NCBI GenBank assembly: GCA_964416765.1 | Contig: CAYQEU010000001.1 | Span: 130,541-194,540, forward strand | Direction of reading: 5' to 3' | Length of the DNA stretch: 64,000 nt | Source: an uncultured Candidatus Saccharibacteria bacterium | GTDB taxonomy: Bacteria; Patescibacteriota; Doudnabacteria; UBA920 | Shown: positions 27,424 to 37,521 of the stretch, piece after piece | Numbering within the stretch: position 1 is the first letter of the stretch | Layout: each line of letters begins with the position of its first letter | The notes under the pieces: generated by a model | The model's input: only the letters and a program-made list of their open reading frames with translations | Databases searched by the model: none | What the model was told of the DNA's origin: nothing | Made by a program: the position numbers and the translations under genes

Positions 27424-29727
27424 ATGGAAGTGAAAAAGATCACTGCCAATGTCGGAACTGGCACCGTCAGTTTTGAAACAGGCAAGTTGGCCCAGCAGGC
27501 CAACGGAGCCGTGCTTGCCCGGACAGGGGACACGGTAGTTTTGGCAACCGCCGTCATGAGCGGCAGTCCGCGAGAGGGTATGGATTATTTCCCTCTGTTG
27601 GTGGATTACGAAGAGCGTTTATACGCCGCTGGCAAAATTAAAGGAAGCCGCTGGGTTAAGCGCGAAGGCCGCGCTACCGACGAGGCTATCCTGACTGGTC
27701 GTGTTATTGACCGTTCGCTCCGCCCGCTATTCCCGGATGGGATGCGAAATGACGTCCAGGTCGTGGTAACCGTCCTTTCCGTGGATGGGGAAAACGACCC
27801 TGACATGCTTTCGGTTAACGCCGCGTCCATGGCTTTGCATGTTTCCAACATTCCGTTTGACGGCCCAATCGCGGCTGTTCGCATCGGGAAAGTTGATGGC
27901 CAATACGTGGTAAACCCGAACGCCGAACAAAAAGAAAAGAGCAGCATGGACCTTATTGTGTCCGGAAGCGCTGATTACATCATGATGGTTGAAGCCGGCG
28001 CCCAGCTGGTTGCTGAAGAAGAGATTATAGAGGGGATTAAGTTTGCCCAGCCTCATTTGAAAGCCTTATGTGACGCCCAAAATGATTTCCGTAAGGAAAT
28101 TGGCAAGGAAAAGGCAGAGCCAGCTATTGTAGAAGTTAATCCGGCCGTATTGGCCCGGGTTAAAGAATTCCTGACCACCGACAAGATTGACCGCGCGATT
28201 TACGTGAAGTCTAAAGAAGAGCGGGATACCAATGTTTCTGCTTTGATCACTGAAGCGGAAGCCGACGTGGTAGCAAATGTGCCCGCGGAAGAGCTGGAAG
28301 GCTTGCACGTAAAACGCGCCGTTTCTGAAGCAGTTGATAAAGTTCTGAAAAAATACCAACAGAAGCAAATTTTGGAAAGTGAACGCCGTGTCGATGGTCG
28401 GGCTCTCAATGAAACCCGGCAGATTACCGCTGAGGTGGGAGTCTTGCCGCGCGCGCATGGTTCCGCCCTGTTTACCCGAGGCGAGACCCAAGTTCTAACC
28501 GTGGTTACTCTCGGCAGCAAAGGCGATGAACAGTTGCTCGATGGAATGGAAGACCCGGCCGAAGGGCGGGCAAAGCGTTACATCCACCACTATAATTTTC
28601 CAGCCTTTTCGGTTGGTGAAGTACGCCCGATGCGCGGGCCCGGCCGCCGTGAAGTTGGCCATGGCGCGTTAGCGGAACGAGCGGTTGAAGTAGTGCTTCC
28701 GGAACAGGAAAATTTCCCGTACACCATGCGCTTGGTTTCTGAAACTATGTCCAGCAACGGTTCCACTTCTATGGCGTCCACTTGCGGCTCTACTTTGTCT
28801 CTCATGGATGCCGGTGTACCGATTAAAACGATTGTCGGCGGTGTCGCTATGGGTCTCGTTATGGATGAATCCAATCCAAACAACTTCAAGGTTTTGACTG
28901 ACATTGCCGGTATTGAAGACTTTAATGGCCACATGGATTTTAAAGTTACCGGGGATGAAACTGGCGTAACCGCTCTCCAGCTCGACATTAAGTTGAAAGG
29001 CTTAACTACAGAAATTTTGGCCAGCGCGTTAGAGCAGGCAAAACCAGCCCGCATGCATATCATTGGAAAAATGAAAGAAGCGCTGGACGCTCCTCGTCCT
29101 GACCTGTCACCGTACGCGCCTCGCATCACTTCCTTCATGATCCAGCCGGACAAGATCCGCGAAGTAATTGGCAGCGGCGGCAAAGTCATCAACGAAATCA
29201 TCGCGCAATGTCCGGGTGTTAAGATCGACATTGAAGACTCGGGTTTGGTTATGGTTACCTCAACTGACGCGGCAAACGCGAAGAAAGCGGTCGAATGGAT
29301 CCAAAACATTGTTAAAGAAGTTGAACCGGGAGAAGTATATGACGGAAAAGTTACCCGTATTATGGATTTCGGTGCTTTCGTTGAAGTTTTGCCCGGCAAG
29401 GAAGGTCTGGTTCACATTTCTCAGCTTGCCAACTACCGTGTTGAAAGAGTTGAAGACGTGGTAAAAGTAGGCGACCCTTTGAAAGTCCAGGTTTCTGAAA
29501 TTGATGACCAGGGACGCATTAACCTGACCCACAAGCCATTTGCGCCAGCGGCGACGCCGGAACAAATGGCAGCCAACGAAAGATTTGGCGACCGCGGCCA
29601 TAGCGACCGGGGACCGCGCGGGTTTGGCGATAGAGGCTCACGCAGCGGCGGGCCGCGGGGTGGACACGGCCATGGCCGGCCAGGCGGACCGAGAGGTGAC
29701 CGTGGCGGCTTCCGTCGGGACCGCTAA
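27424..29727 (+). CDS. pnp: polynucleotide phosphorylase with Gly/Arg-rich C-terminal tail
   Basis: Two RNase PH domains, KH and S1 domains; SD AAAGGAAAG before ATG 27424; C-terminal RGG-like tail of about 60 aa. Confidence 0.9.
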   Translation: MEVKKITANVGTGTVSFETGKLAQQANGAVLARTGDTVVLATAVMSGSPREGMDYFPLLVDYEERLYAAGKIKGSRWVKREGRATDEAILTGRVIDRSLRPLFPDGMRNDVQVVVTVLSVDGENDPDMLSVNAASMALHVSNIPFDGPIAAVRIGKVDGQYVVNPNAEQKEKSSMDLIVSGSADYIMMVEAGAQLVAEEEIIEGIKFAQPHLKALCDAQNDFRKEIGKEKAEPAIVEVNPAVLARVKEFLTTDKIDRAIYVKSKEERDTNVSALITEAEADVVANVPAEELEGLHVKRAVSEAVDKVLKKYQQKQILESERRVDGRALNETRQITAEVGVLPRAHGSALFTRGETQVLTVVTLGSKGDEQLLDGMEDPAEGRAKRYIHHYNFPAFSVGEVRPMRGPGRREVGHGALAERAVEVVLPEQENFPYTMRLVSETMSSNGSTSMASTCGSTLSLMDAGVPIKTIVGGVAMGLVMDESNPNNFKVLTDIAGIEDFNGHMDFKVTGDETGVTALQLDIKLKGLTTEILASALEQAKPARMHIIGKMKEALDAPRPDLSPYAPRITSFMIQPDKIREVIGSGGKVINEIIAQCPGVKIDIEDSGLVMVTSTDAANAKKAVEWIQNIVKEVEPGEVYDGKVTRIMDFGAFVEVLPGKEGLVHISQLANYRVERVEDVVKVGDPLKVQVSEIDDQGRINLTHKPFAPAATPEQMAANERFGDRGHSDRGPRGFGDRGSRSGGPRGGHGHGRPGGPRGDRGGFRRDR

Positions 29728-29750
29728 TCTCCCAAAGCAAAAGGATTATC

Positions 29751-29786
29751 AACAAGCGCTTTCTTAATAAAGCGCTTGTTTTTTAT
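29751..29786 (+). terminator. intrinsic terminator after pnp
   Basis: 12-bp stem AACAAGCGCTTT/AAAGCGCTTGTT + TTTTTTATT. Confidence 0.75.
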
Positions 29787-29879
29787 TAAGAAAGTGATAT
29801 TATTTTTCCAAGACTCCGGTCTTACACGAATCCCGTACCTTTAAGTACGGCAACATACACAACGAGGGACAATTGATCT

Positions 29880-30209
29880 ATGAGTAAAACTTTTCTGAGG
29901 ACGATGGACAGCCGTCGTCAAGACGAACGCGAAGAAACCAATTTCGCCTTTCCGGGCGACAAAACCAACCGAAGCCGGCGCCACTCGCGTCGCAGCCGGT
30001 CTGCCGAAGACGATGAACCTGAAGTCGCTATGATGACTGAACGGCTAATCGCTTTGGCGGAACAACAAGGAATTTTGTTCCATCGGGAATCCACGCTACG
30101 CGTGCCGATTGCCGAAACCCTTGCCTCCAAGCAAGGAATGCCCATCATTCAAGATGGCATTAAGCGGAACATTCCGCCCACCTTCTTCCAAAGCTATCTC
30201 TTAGCTTAA
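29880..30209 (+). CDS. hypothetical small protein with Arg/Ser-rich N-terminal region
   Basis: 109 aa; good SD GAGGGA 9 nt upstream; own terminator at 30232. Confidence 0.4.
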   Translation: MSKTFLRTMDSRRQDEREETNFAFPGDKTNRSRRHSRRSRSAEDDEPEVAMMTERLIALAEQQGILFHRESTLRVPIAETLASKQGMPIIQDGIKRNIPPTFFQSYLLA

Positions 30210-30231
30210 ATCAACTCAAACAATCAGATTT

Positions 30232-30272
30232 AAAAGACGATTGTTTCCCGCACAAACAATCGTCTTTTAATT
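30232..30272 (+). terminator. intrinsic terminator
   Basis: 15-bp stem AAAAGACGATTGTTT/AAACAATCGTCTTTT + TAATT. Confidence 0.7.
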
Positions 30273-30305
30273 ATGCCCAAAACAACAATATGTATATAAT
30301 GAAGC

Positions 30306-31466
30306 ATGGACTATTTTGAAATTCTCCAAAAAGATCCGGAGAGCCGCGCGCGGGTGGGGGTAATCCATACCTCCCACGGCCCGGTGAATACGCCGCAGTT
30401 TTTGCCAATCGGAACCCAAGGCACCGTTAAGACAGTTACCAGCGAGGAATTGAAATTTTGGGGAGCTGACATGGTATTGGCCAATACTTACCATTTGTGG
30501 CAGCGCCCCGGAGACGGGTTGGTTTATAAGGCGGGCGGCCTGCACAAGTTTATGAATTGGAAAGGCCCTATCTTTACTGATTCCGGGGGATTTCAGGTAT
30601 ACTCCCTGGCAAAGATGAGGAAAGTCATGGAGGCTGGCGTCTTATTCCAGTTTGATTTGGACGGCCGTCAGGAAATATTGTCGCCGGAAAAATCCGTTGA
30701 TATCCAGGCGAACTTGGGAAGCGATATCGCGCTTATACTGGATGACTTTCCCGGTTATCCGTTTGAACACGAGCGGAGCAAGCAGTCTATAGAACTGACC
30801 GAACGGTGGGCGGAACGCGCTGTTAGGGAACACCAGCGGATAATGGCTGATGGCGATGTAATCAATCCGGGACAAAAATTGTGGGGGATAGTGCAAGGAG
30901 CCAGTTTTGAGGATCTCCGGCGTAAATCCGCTGAAACCATGGCAAAGCTAGGTTTCGAGGGGTTTGCTATTGGCGGCGTTGCCGTGGGGGAGCCGCATGA
31001 TGAGATGATGAAAGCGGTCGATTATGCCGTTCCGTTCTTGCCGGAGAGCACACCGAAGCACTTGCTCGGGGTGGGGACCCCATACAATATAATTCATGCC
31101 GTAGCGCGCGGATGCGACACGTTTGACTGTGTCATACCAACACGGGAAGCCCGTCACGGCCGTCTATATATATCACAGATGTCGGAAACAGGCAAAGAAG
31201 GCTACGGCACAATAGATATCCGTTTAGAAAAATATAAAGAGGATTTTTCCTCACCCGATCCGACGTGCAATTGTTACTTGTGCCTCAACCACACCAAAGC
31301 CTACTTGCGCCACTTAATGCAAAGCGGGGAAGCGCTCGGCACACGGCTCGCTACCATGCATAACCTCCGGTTTTACCTTAATTTCATGGGGAAAATCCGA
31401 ACCGCCATCCAGTACGACTACTTTTCCGACCTCTTGGAAAACTTTAAAGACAATACGGAAAGGTAG
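30306..31466 (+). CDS. tgt: queuine tRNA-ribosyltransferase
   Basis: 386 aa; Zn site CxCxxC...H (CNCYLCLNHTKAYLRHL), conserved TIM-barrel Tgt motifs. Confidence 0.9.
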   Translation: MDYFEILQKDPESRARVGVIHTSHGPVNTPQFLPIGTQGTVKTVTSEELKFWGADMVLANTYHLWQRPGDGLVYKAGGLHKFMNWKGPIFTDSGGFQVYSLAKMRKVMEAGVLFQFDLDGRQEILSPEKSVDIQANLGSDIALILDDFPGYPFEHERSKQSIELTERWAERAVREHQRIMADGDVINPGQKLWGIVQGASFEDLRRKSAETMAKLGFEGFAIGGVAVGEPHDEMMKAVDYAVPFLPESTPKHLLGVGTPYNIIHAVARGCDTFDCVIPTREARHGRLYISQMSETGKEGYGTIDIRLEKYKEDFSSPDPTCNCYLCLNHTKAYLRHLMQSGEALGTRLATMHNLRFYLNFMGKIRTAIQYDYFSDLLENFKDNTER

Positions 31467-31501
31467 TTTTCGGAAGACAGGTTATTTGTTATACTTTTCC
31501 T

Positions 31502-32917
31502 ATGCCTGAACCAGATTTAATGGAAAAAATTGTTAGTCTTTGCAAGCGTCGCGGCTTTGTTTTTCCGAGCAGCGAAATTTATGGCGGCCTTGCCAACTCA
31601 TACGAATACGGCCCGGCCGGCGTGGAGTTAAAGAAAAATATTATTGATTTGTGGTGGCAATATTTCGTCCGCAGCCGTCCCGATATGGTTGGGTTGGACT
31701 CGTCTATCATATTGCATCCAAAAGTATGGGAAGCTTCCGGCCACGTATCCAGTTTCGCGGACGCGATGATTGATTGCAAGAACTGCAAGCACCGCACCCG
31801 CGCTGACCATCTGATTGAAGATTTTTATAAGGAACAAGGTAAGGTTGAAACCGTGGAAGGGAAGAGCGACGAAGAACTGGACACTATAATTGAGGAAAAT
31901 CATATTCCGTGTCCCAACTGCAAAAAGTTCGATTGGACCCCGGTTCGAAAATTTAACTTGTTATTTGAAACCAATATCGGAATCGTCGCGGAAGACTTGT
32001 CTAAAGTTTATTTGCGTGGTGAAACTGCCCAGGGCATTTTCGTCGCGTTTAAAAATATAGTTGATTCGACCCGCGTCCGGCTGCCGTTTGGGGTAGGCCA
32101 GGTGGGAAAGTCTTTCCGCAACGAGGTTACCAAAGGAAACTTCATCTTCCGTACTCTCGAATTTGAACAGGCGGAAATCGAATATTTCTTCGATCCCGAA
32201 ACCTCCGCTTGGCATGAATTGTACGACGAATGGAAAGCCAGCATGTGGCACTTTGTCACTAAAGAATTAGGTGTTCGTGATGAAAACTTGCGCTGGCGCG
32301 AGCATGATGAAAACGAAAGAAGTTTTTACAGCAAACGCACCGAGGATATGGAATACAATTTTCCCTTTGGTTTCAAGGAATTGTGGGGCTTGGCTTACCG
32401 GACGGATTACGATTTAAAGCAGCACCAGGAATATTCGGGCGAAAATCTTGAATACACTGATCCGCAAAGCGGACGCAAATTCCTTCCACATGTTATAGAG
32501 CCGGCAGTAGGGATTAACCGCTTGTTAGCCATGGTGCTGTTGGATACTTATACTGAGGAAGGGGATGGGGACAGCAAACGCATTTATTTAAAGTTGCCCC
32601 CCAAGCTTGCCCCGTTTAAAGCCGCGGTTTTTCCGTTGCTCGCGAATAAGCCGGACCTGGTCGCTAAGGCGAAAGATATTTATAAAGACCTTTCGGGAAA
32701 GTTTACCATTGCCTGGGATGACCGGGGTAACGTTGGAAAGCGTTATTACAGCCAGGACGAACTGGGCACCCCTTTTGGCATAACCGTTGATTTCCAAACC
32801 CTGGAAGACCATACCGTTACCGTCCGAGACCGCAACACGACGGAACAAATTCGCGTTAATATTAATGAACTGAGTAATTTTTTAAGCGAAAAGATAAATG
32901 GAAACAGCGCGAATTAA
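31502..32917 (+). CDS. glyQS: glycine--tRNA ligase (alpha2 dimeric type)
   Basis: 471 aa; class II motifs, N-terminal RRGFVFPSSEIYGGL.. signature of GlyRS. Confidence 0.9.
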   Translation: MPEPDLMEKIVSLCKRRGFVFPSSEIYGGLANSYEYGPAGVELKKNIIDLWWQYFVRSRPDMVGLDSSIILHPKVWEASGHVSSFADAMIDCKNCKHRTRADHLIEDFYKEQGKVETVEGKSDEELDTIIEENHIPCPNCKKFDWTPVRKFNLLFETNIGIVAEDLSKVYLRGETAQGIFVAFKNIVDSTRVRLPFGVGQVGKSFRNEVTKGNFIFRTLEFEQAEIEYFFDPETSAWHELYDEWKASMWHFVTKELGVRDENLRWREHDENERSFYSKRTEDMEYNFPFGFKELWGLAYRTDYDLKQHQEYSGENLEYTDPQSGRKFLPHVIEPAVGINRLLAMVLLDTYTEEGDGDSKRIYLKLPPKLAPFKAAVFPLLANKPDLVAKAKDIYKDLSGKFTIAWDDRGNVGKRYYSQDELGTPFGITVDFQTLEDHTVTVRDRNTTEQIRVNINELSNFLSEKINGNSAN

Positions 32918-33923
32918 GTCGTTGCAAAAGAAAATAACATCACCGTTGTTGGTCGTTAAAAAGGAAAATCTTTTCTACTTTAGCGGCCAACGTTTTATTG
33001 ACGGCTACCTTTTAGTCAACAAAGCCCAGGCCGTGTATTTTGGCAATGGGTTAGAAAAAATCGATGGGGCGAAAGCGGCGTTGATAGGTGACATGCCTAA
33101 GTTTGTTAAGCCCGGCCAGACGCTGGAGGTGGAAGACAGTATTTCCATGGAAGAATGGAATTATCTCAAGAAAAAACTGAAAGGCGTTAAACTTGTGGCT
33201 TCATCGGGTATTGTTGAGCGGCTGCGGGCTGTTAAGTCCAAAACTGAACTAGCGGATCTGGAACAGGCTTACCGGATTACCGCCAAGGTTTTTGACATTG
33301 TTAAATCCCAGTTGAGAAAGAAACAATGGACCGAAGAGGGCCTGGCCCGCTATATTCGGATTTGGGGGCTTGAACTGGGAGCGGAAGACGTAAGTTTTGA
33401 ACCAATCGTGGCCGCCGGACCTAATGCCGCAATCCCACACCATCGACCGGGGATGAAAGTGCTAAAACCTAATGAAAGTATAGTCCTGGATTTTGGCTTC
33501 AAAGTTAACGGTTATTGCAGTGATTTTACGCGCACGGTGTTTGTGGGGAAAGTTCCCGCAAAATTGAAGACGGCTTATGAAGCCGCGGAACGCGCCTTCA
33601 ATGAAGCAGTGGACGCAGGCCGCGCCGGGATGACCGGCGGAGAACTGGACCAGGTGGCTCGGGGCGTCCTCCGTGAAGAAAACATGCACAAACATTTTAT
33701 CCACTCCTTGGGGCATGGAACCGGTCTTGAGGTGCATGAGTTACCGCACGTGTCGCCAGGCTCGCCCATGAAACTGGAAAATGGGATGGTCTTTAGCATC
33801 GAGCCCGGAGTGTATCTTCCCGGGATCGGCGGCATTAGGATTGAAGATTTGGTTTATCTGGAAAAAGGCCAGGTTAAATACTTTGTTAGAGTTCCCGTTT
33901 CGCTGAAAGAAAATATTATATGA
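32898..33923 (+). CDS. M24 family Xaa-Pro aminopeptidase-like metallopeptidase
   Basis: 341 aa; HSLGHGTGLEVHE metal-binding motif; pita-bread fold pattern. Confidence 0.8.
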   Translation: METARIKSLQKKITSPLLVVKKENLFYFSGQRFIDGYLLVNKAQAVYFGNGLEKIDGAKAALIGDMPKFVKPGQTLEVEDSISMEEWNYLKKKLKGVKLVASSGIVERLRAVKSKTELADLEQAYRITAKVFDIVKSQLRKKQWTEEGLARYIRIWGLELGAEDVSFEPIVAAGPNAAIPHHRPGMKVLKPNESIVLDFGFKVNGYCSDFTRTVFVGKVPAKLKTAYEAAERAFNEAVDAGRAGMTGGELDQVARGVLREENMHKHFIHSLGHGTGLEVHELPHVSPGSPMKLENGMVFSIEPGVYLPGIGGIRIEDLVYLEKGQVKYFVRVPVSLKENII

Positions 33924-35188
33924 AGTATCAGAAAAAAATCTTACCCAACGGTTTAACCATTCTTATGGTCCCCAGTGAAGACGCCGAAAGCGTGGTCGTC
34001 GACTTTTTCGTCAAAACCGGTTCCCGAAGTGAAGCGGACAAGGAAAACGGTATATCACATTTTTTGGAACACTTTTTGTTTAAAGGGACCGAAAAGTATC
34101 CCACCTCAATGGCCATCACTGAATTGATTGATGGTATCGGCGGGGAGATGAACGCCAATACAGGCAAGGAACACACCCAATATTACATCAAGGCACAACA
34201 CACCCATTTTGAATTGATTTTCGGAGTGCTCACGGAAATGCTGCAGCGCCCTATTTTGGATAAAGAAGAACTTGAGCGCGAAAAAGGAGTAATTATTGAA
34301 GAGCTCAACATGTATCGCGATGTCCCCATGGCGGAAATTGAAAACGTTTTGGAAAACACAATGTGGCCAGATCAGTCATTGGGTAGAAATATAGTGGGGC
34401 GGGAGAATACCGTAAAGAAGTTTACCCCGCAAATGTTTAAGTCTTATATGCGCCGCAATTACCAACCGGGAAACATGATTTTGGGAATCTCCGGAAAGTT
34501 TGACCCAAGGCAGGTAAGTTTTTTGATAAAAAAATACTGGAAAAACATCCCTGCCGGGAAGTTCGGCCAGTGGGCTAAAGCCAAAGAGAACCAAAAAGGG
34601 CTACGCGTTGTCGTGGAGCATAAAAAAACCCAGCAAGCACATTTGGCCTTGGCGTTTAAGGGGTTGTCATCTAAAGACCCGAAAAACCCGGCGGCATTGG
34701 TAATGGCGACCATTCTGGGCGGCGGCATGAGCTCCCGGCTGTTTTATGAGATCCGCGAACGGCGGGGCTTGGCCTATTATGTCCGCGCTTCTTCCGGAAA
34801 CTACCAGGATACCGGTGCGTTCCAGGTAAACGCCGGAGTCCAGGTCAACAAAATTGAAGAAGCGCTAAAGGTTATAAAAGAAGAGTTGTCCCGCATTCGC
34901 TTGTTTCCCGTAGAAATGGCCGAAATCCGCAAAGCGAAAGAATATTTAAAGGGACGCACTACTCTTGCCTTGGAAGACAGCCAGTCGCGGCTCGATTGGG
35001 TGATAGAGCAGGAAGCGTTCCACCCTAAAATCCAAACTCCGAAGGAATTATTCGCCCTCATCGATGCAGTTACGCCAGTAGATATCCAAGCTATGGCCAA
35101 ACAGCTAATTAATTACGATAAGGCAACGTTAGCGGTGCTGGGGCCTTACCGTTCCGCGACGCCATTAAAGAAAATATTAACTTCTTAG
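33920..35188 (+). CDS. M16 family (insulinase-like) zinc peptidase
   Basis: HxxEH motif (HFLEHFLFKGT) and downstream E. Confidence 0.8.
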   Translation: MKYQKKILPNGLTILMVPSEDAESVVVDFFVKTGSRSEADKENGISHFLEHFLFKGTEKYPTSMAITELIDGIGGEMNANTGKEHTQYYIKAQHTHFELIFGVLTEMLQRPILDKEELEREKGVIIEELNMYRDVPMAEIENVLENTMWPDQSLGRNIVGRENTVKKFTPQMFKSYMRRNYQPGNMILGISGKFDPRQVSFLIKKYWKNIPAGKFGQWAKAKENQKGLRVVVEHKKTQQAHLALAFKGLSSKDPKNPAALVMATILGGGMSSRLFYEIRERRGLAYYVRASSGNYQDTGAFQVNAGVQVNKIEEALKVIKEELSRIRLFPVEMAEIRKAKEYLKGRTTLALEDSQSRLDWVIEQEAFHPKIQTPKELFALIDAVTPVDIQAMAKQLINYDKATLAVLGPYRSATPLKKILTS

Positions 35189-35189
35189 C

Positions 35190-36050
35190 ATGTCAAAAAC
35201 ATACGGCCAGATCGGGTGCCATGTTTCCATTGCCGGCGGGTTATGGAACGCGCCTGAGAACGCGGCCAAACTGAAGTGCGAAACTTTCCAAATTTTTTCC
35301 CGTTCGCCCCACGGCGGCCCCGTTAAGGAAATTGATAAATCAATTCAGGAGCAATTCGCCGCCGCCATGAAAGATCATGGCTTTAAGACATTTGTTATCC
35401 ATGCCCCATATTTTTTAAACCTCGGTTCTACTAATCCTCGGATTTACCACGGCACATTGAGCGTGGTTCGTCAGGAGCTGGAGCGGGGGACTCTGCTCGG
35501 CGCTGATTATCTTATGTTTCATCCCGGAAGCCTGAAAGACTTAGGAAAGGAAAAGGGTATGAAGCAGGCAAGGGAGGGGTTAAAGAAAATCATGACGGGT
35601 TACAAAGGGTCTACCAAGCTGCTGGTGGAAATCTCCGCCGGCTCAGGTGAAGTGATTGGTGATACGTTTGAAGAAGTTGAGTTTTTAATTTCACCTGTTA
35701 AAAAGCACAAAGGGTTTGGCGGCGTCTGCTTTGATACCCAACACGCTTTTGCTTCCGGCTATGACATCCGTACCCCCAAAGCAGTTAAAAAGACTTTCGC
35801 CCAGTTTGATAAAGTCATCGGCCTGAAGTATTTGCGCATGATGCACGCCAACGATTCCAAGACTGAATTTGGCTCCCACGTTGACCGTCACCAGCACATT
35901 GGGGAAGGCAAAATCGGCAAGGCTGGTTTCTCCGCCTTATTGGGGTTTTTAGCCAAAAAAAAGCTCGATATTCCCTTGATTTTGGAAACTGAGCATGATA
36001 AGGTTGAAAAAGATATCGCAACCCTTAAAAATTTGCGAGCCAAGGTTTAA
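35190..36050 (+). CDS. nfo: deoxyribonuclease IV (endonuclease IV, AP endonuclease family 2)
   Basis: 286 aa xylose-isomerase-like TIM barrel; HAPY, metal-binding H/D/E pattern. Confidence 0.85.
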   Translation: MSKTYGQIGCHVSIAGGLWNAPENAAKLKCETFQIFSRSPHGGPVKEIDKSIQEQFAAAMKDHGFKTFVIHAPYFLNLGSTNPRIYHGTLSVVRQELERGTLLGADYLMFHPGSLKDLGKEKGMKQAREGLKKIMTGYKGSTKLLVEISAGSGEVIGDTFEEVEFLISPVKKHKGFGGVCFDTQHAFASGYDIRTPKAVKKTFAQFDKVIGLKYLRMMHANDSKTEFGSHVDRHQHIGEGKIGKAGFSALLGFLAKKKLDIPLILETEHDKVEKDIATLKNLRAKV

Positions 36051-36199
36051 AAAGCTAAATAAAATCACAATGGAAAATTTTGAAGGCGAGCGCTTCGCCG
36101 CCCAGGCTGAAGCCAAAGAGGTCGAAATCAAGCATCCAAAAACCCTAGAATTATTAAAGTACTTCAAAGAAAACTTCCTCCAAGAGGAAGGCAAGTAAC

Positions 36200-36412
36200 A
36201 TGGAAGAAAAAATTAAAAAGCTTATAGAGTTAATCGAGGCTTCCGAACTCGATGAGACTATTAAAGGCATCCTGGTCCGAGACTTGCAGAATGAGGGCAT
36301 GACCGACTTCCTGAAAGAGCAAATTAAGGCTTATTGTTTAGAGGGCTTAAAGGACTCTGACGCTGATACCAAAGCCGCTCTCGAAATTTTAAACGAACCA
36401 GCAGCCGAATAA
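36200..36412 (+). CDS. hypothetical small acidic protein
   Basis: 70-aa ORF; the ATG follows the preceding stop by 1 nt (taa-c-ATG; translational coupling); preceded by a second possible small ORF (36070..36198). Confidence 0.3.
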   Translation: MEEKIKKLIELIEASELDETIKGILVRDLQNEGMTDFLKEQIKAYCLEGLKDSDADTKAALEILNEPAAE

Positions 36413-36425
36413 TACTAGAATGAAC

Positions 36426-36460
36426 AATCCAGCCAAATATTGGCTGGATTTTGCTTTTTT
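36426..36460 (+). terminator. intrinsic terminator
   Basis: ATCCAGCCA/TGGCTGGAT stem + TTTTGCTTTTTT. Confidence 0.7.
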
Positions 36461-36477
36461 CCGTATAATAAAGGTAT

Positions 36478-37521
36478 ATGCAATGGACTAAAGACCCCGC
36501 AACCAGAGTTATCGCAAAAGTCATTTTGGCCGGCCTAGGCCTGGCTTTTCTGTGGGTGACCCGCGAGATAGTTATTATTTTGCTGTTAGCCGTGGTTTTT
36601 GCTTCCGCCATGGAACCCTTGGTTGGGTACCTGCACATTAAAAGAGTACCCCGGGCGGTAAGTGTTTTGGCGGTTTACGTACTAGTGCTAGCAATTATAG
36701 GAGCCGTGTTGGCCCTGCTTGCCCCAATCATAGTCCAGCAGTTCCAGCTGCTTAGCCAAAACTTGCCGGAGTATAGCTCGAGTTTGGAAAGCCAGTACCC
36801 GGCTATTAAGAGTGTGTTGGGTAACGCCAATCTGACCGATATTATTTCGCAGGCGTTTTCCGCCTTGACCAACAACTCCAGCGTGTATAGCCAGACATTG
36901 GGCGTAGTAAATGTATTCTTTAGCGTCATCACGGTGCTGGTCGTTTCATTCTATCTGGTCGCACAGCAGCAGGGGATGATTGATTTTGTCCACTCAGTCG
37001 TGCCAAAACCCCAGCGGAAATTTACCCTCGACCTGATCCGTAAGATCCAAACCCGCATGGGGTATTGGATTATCGGGCAAATAGTCCTTAGTCTTTCCAT
37101 CTTCGTGCTAACTTTCATCGGCCTTACCGCGCTTGGCGTTAAGTACGCTTTGTTCCTCGCCCTGCTGGCGGGGATAATGGAAATCGTCCCTTATATTGGG
37201 CCGTTCCTGTCGGCTATACCAGCGGTGTTCTTTGCCCTGGTCCAGAGCCCTCCTTTGGCAATCCTTGTAATAGTTCTGTACATTGTGGTTCAAAAATTGG
37301 AAGGATATATTTTGGTGCCGAAGATCATGCAGCGGGCTACCGGTACGTCACCGCTTTTGGTGCTCATAGCGCTCCTGGTCGGATTCAAACTGGTAGGAGT
37401 CCTCGGGTTGTTGCTCGCCATTCCAGTTGTCAGTGTCATCACCTTGCTTATAGATGAATTTTCCAACAACTACCCCTCCACTACAGCCGTGGATATAGAC
37501 GAGCCTAAAGTATTACCATAA
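36478..37521 (+). CDS. AI-2E family transporter (second paralog)
   Basis: 347 aa, 8 TM, same architecture as 7325..8359. Confidence 0.65.
   Translation: MQWTKDPATRVIAKVILAGLGLAFLWVTREIVIILLLAVVFASAMEPLVGYLHIKRVPRAVSVLAVYVLVLAIIGAVLALLAPIIVQQFQLLSQNLPEYSSSLESQYPAIKSVLGNANLTDIISQAFSALTNNSSVYSQTLGVVNVFFSVITVLVVSFYLVAQQQGMIDFVHSVVPKPQRKFTLDLIRKIQTRMGYWIIGQIVLSLSIFVLTFIGLTALGVKYALFLALLAGIMEIVPYIGPFLSAIPAVFFALVQSPPLAILVIVLYIVVQKLEGYILVPKIMQRATGTSPLLVLIALLVGFKLVGVLGLLLAIPVVSVITLLIDEFSNNYPSTTAVDIDEPKVLP

Noticed and set aside
7325-37521. Two AI-2E transporter paralogs as a notable duplication
   Set aside because: They are clearly diverged paralogs (no nucleotide-level similarity), common in bacterial genomes. 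Not a recent duplication or mobile event.
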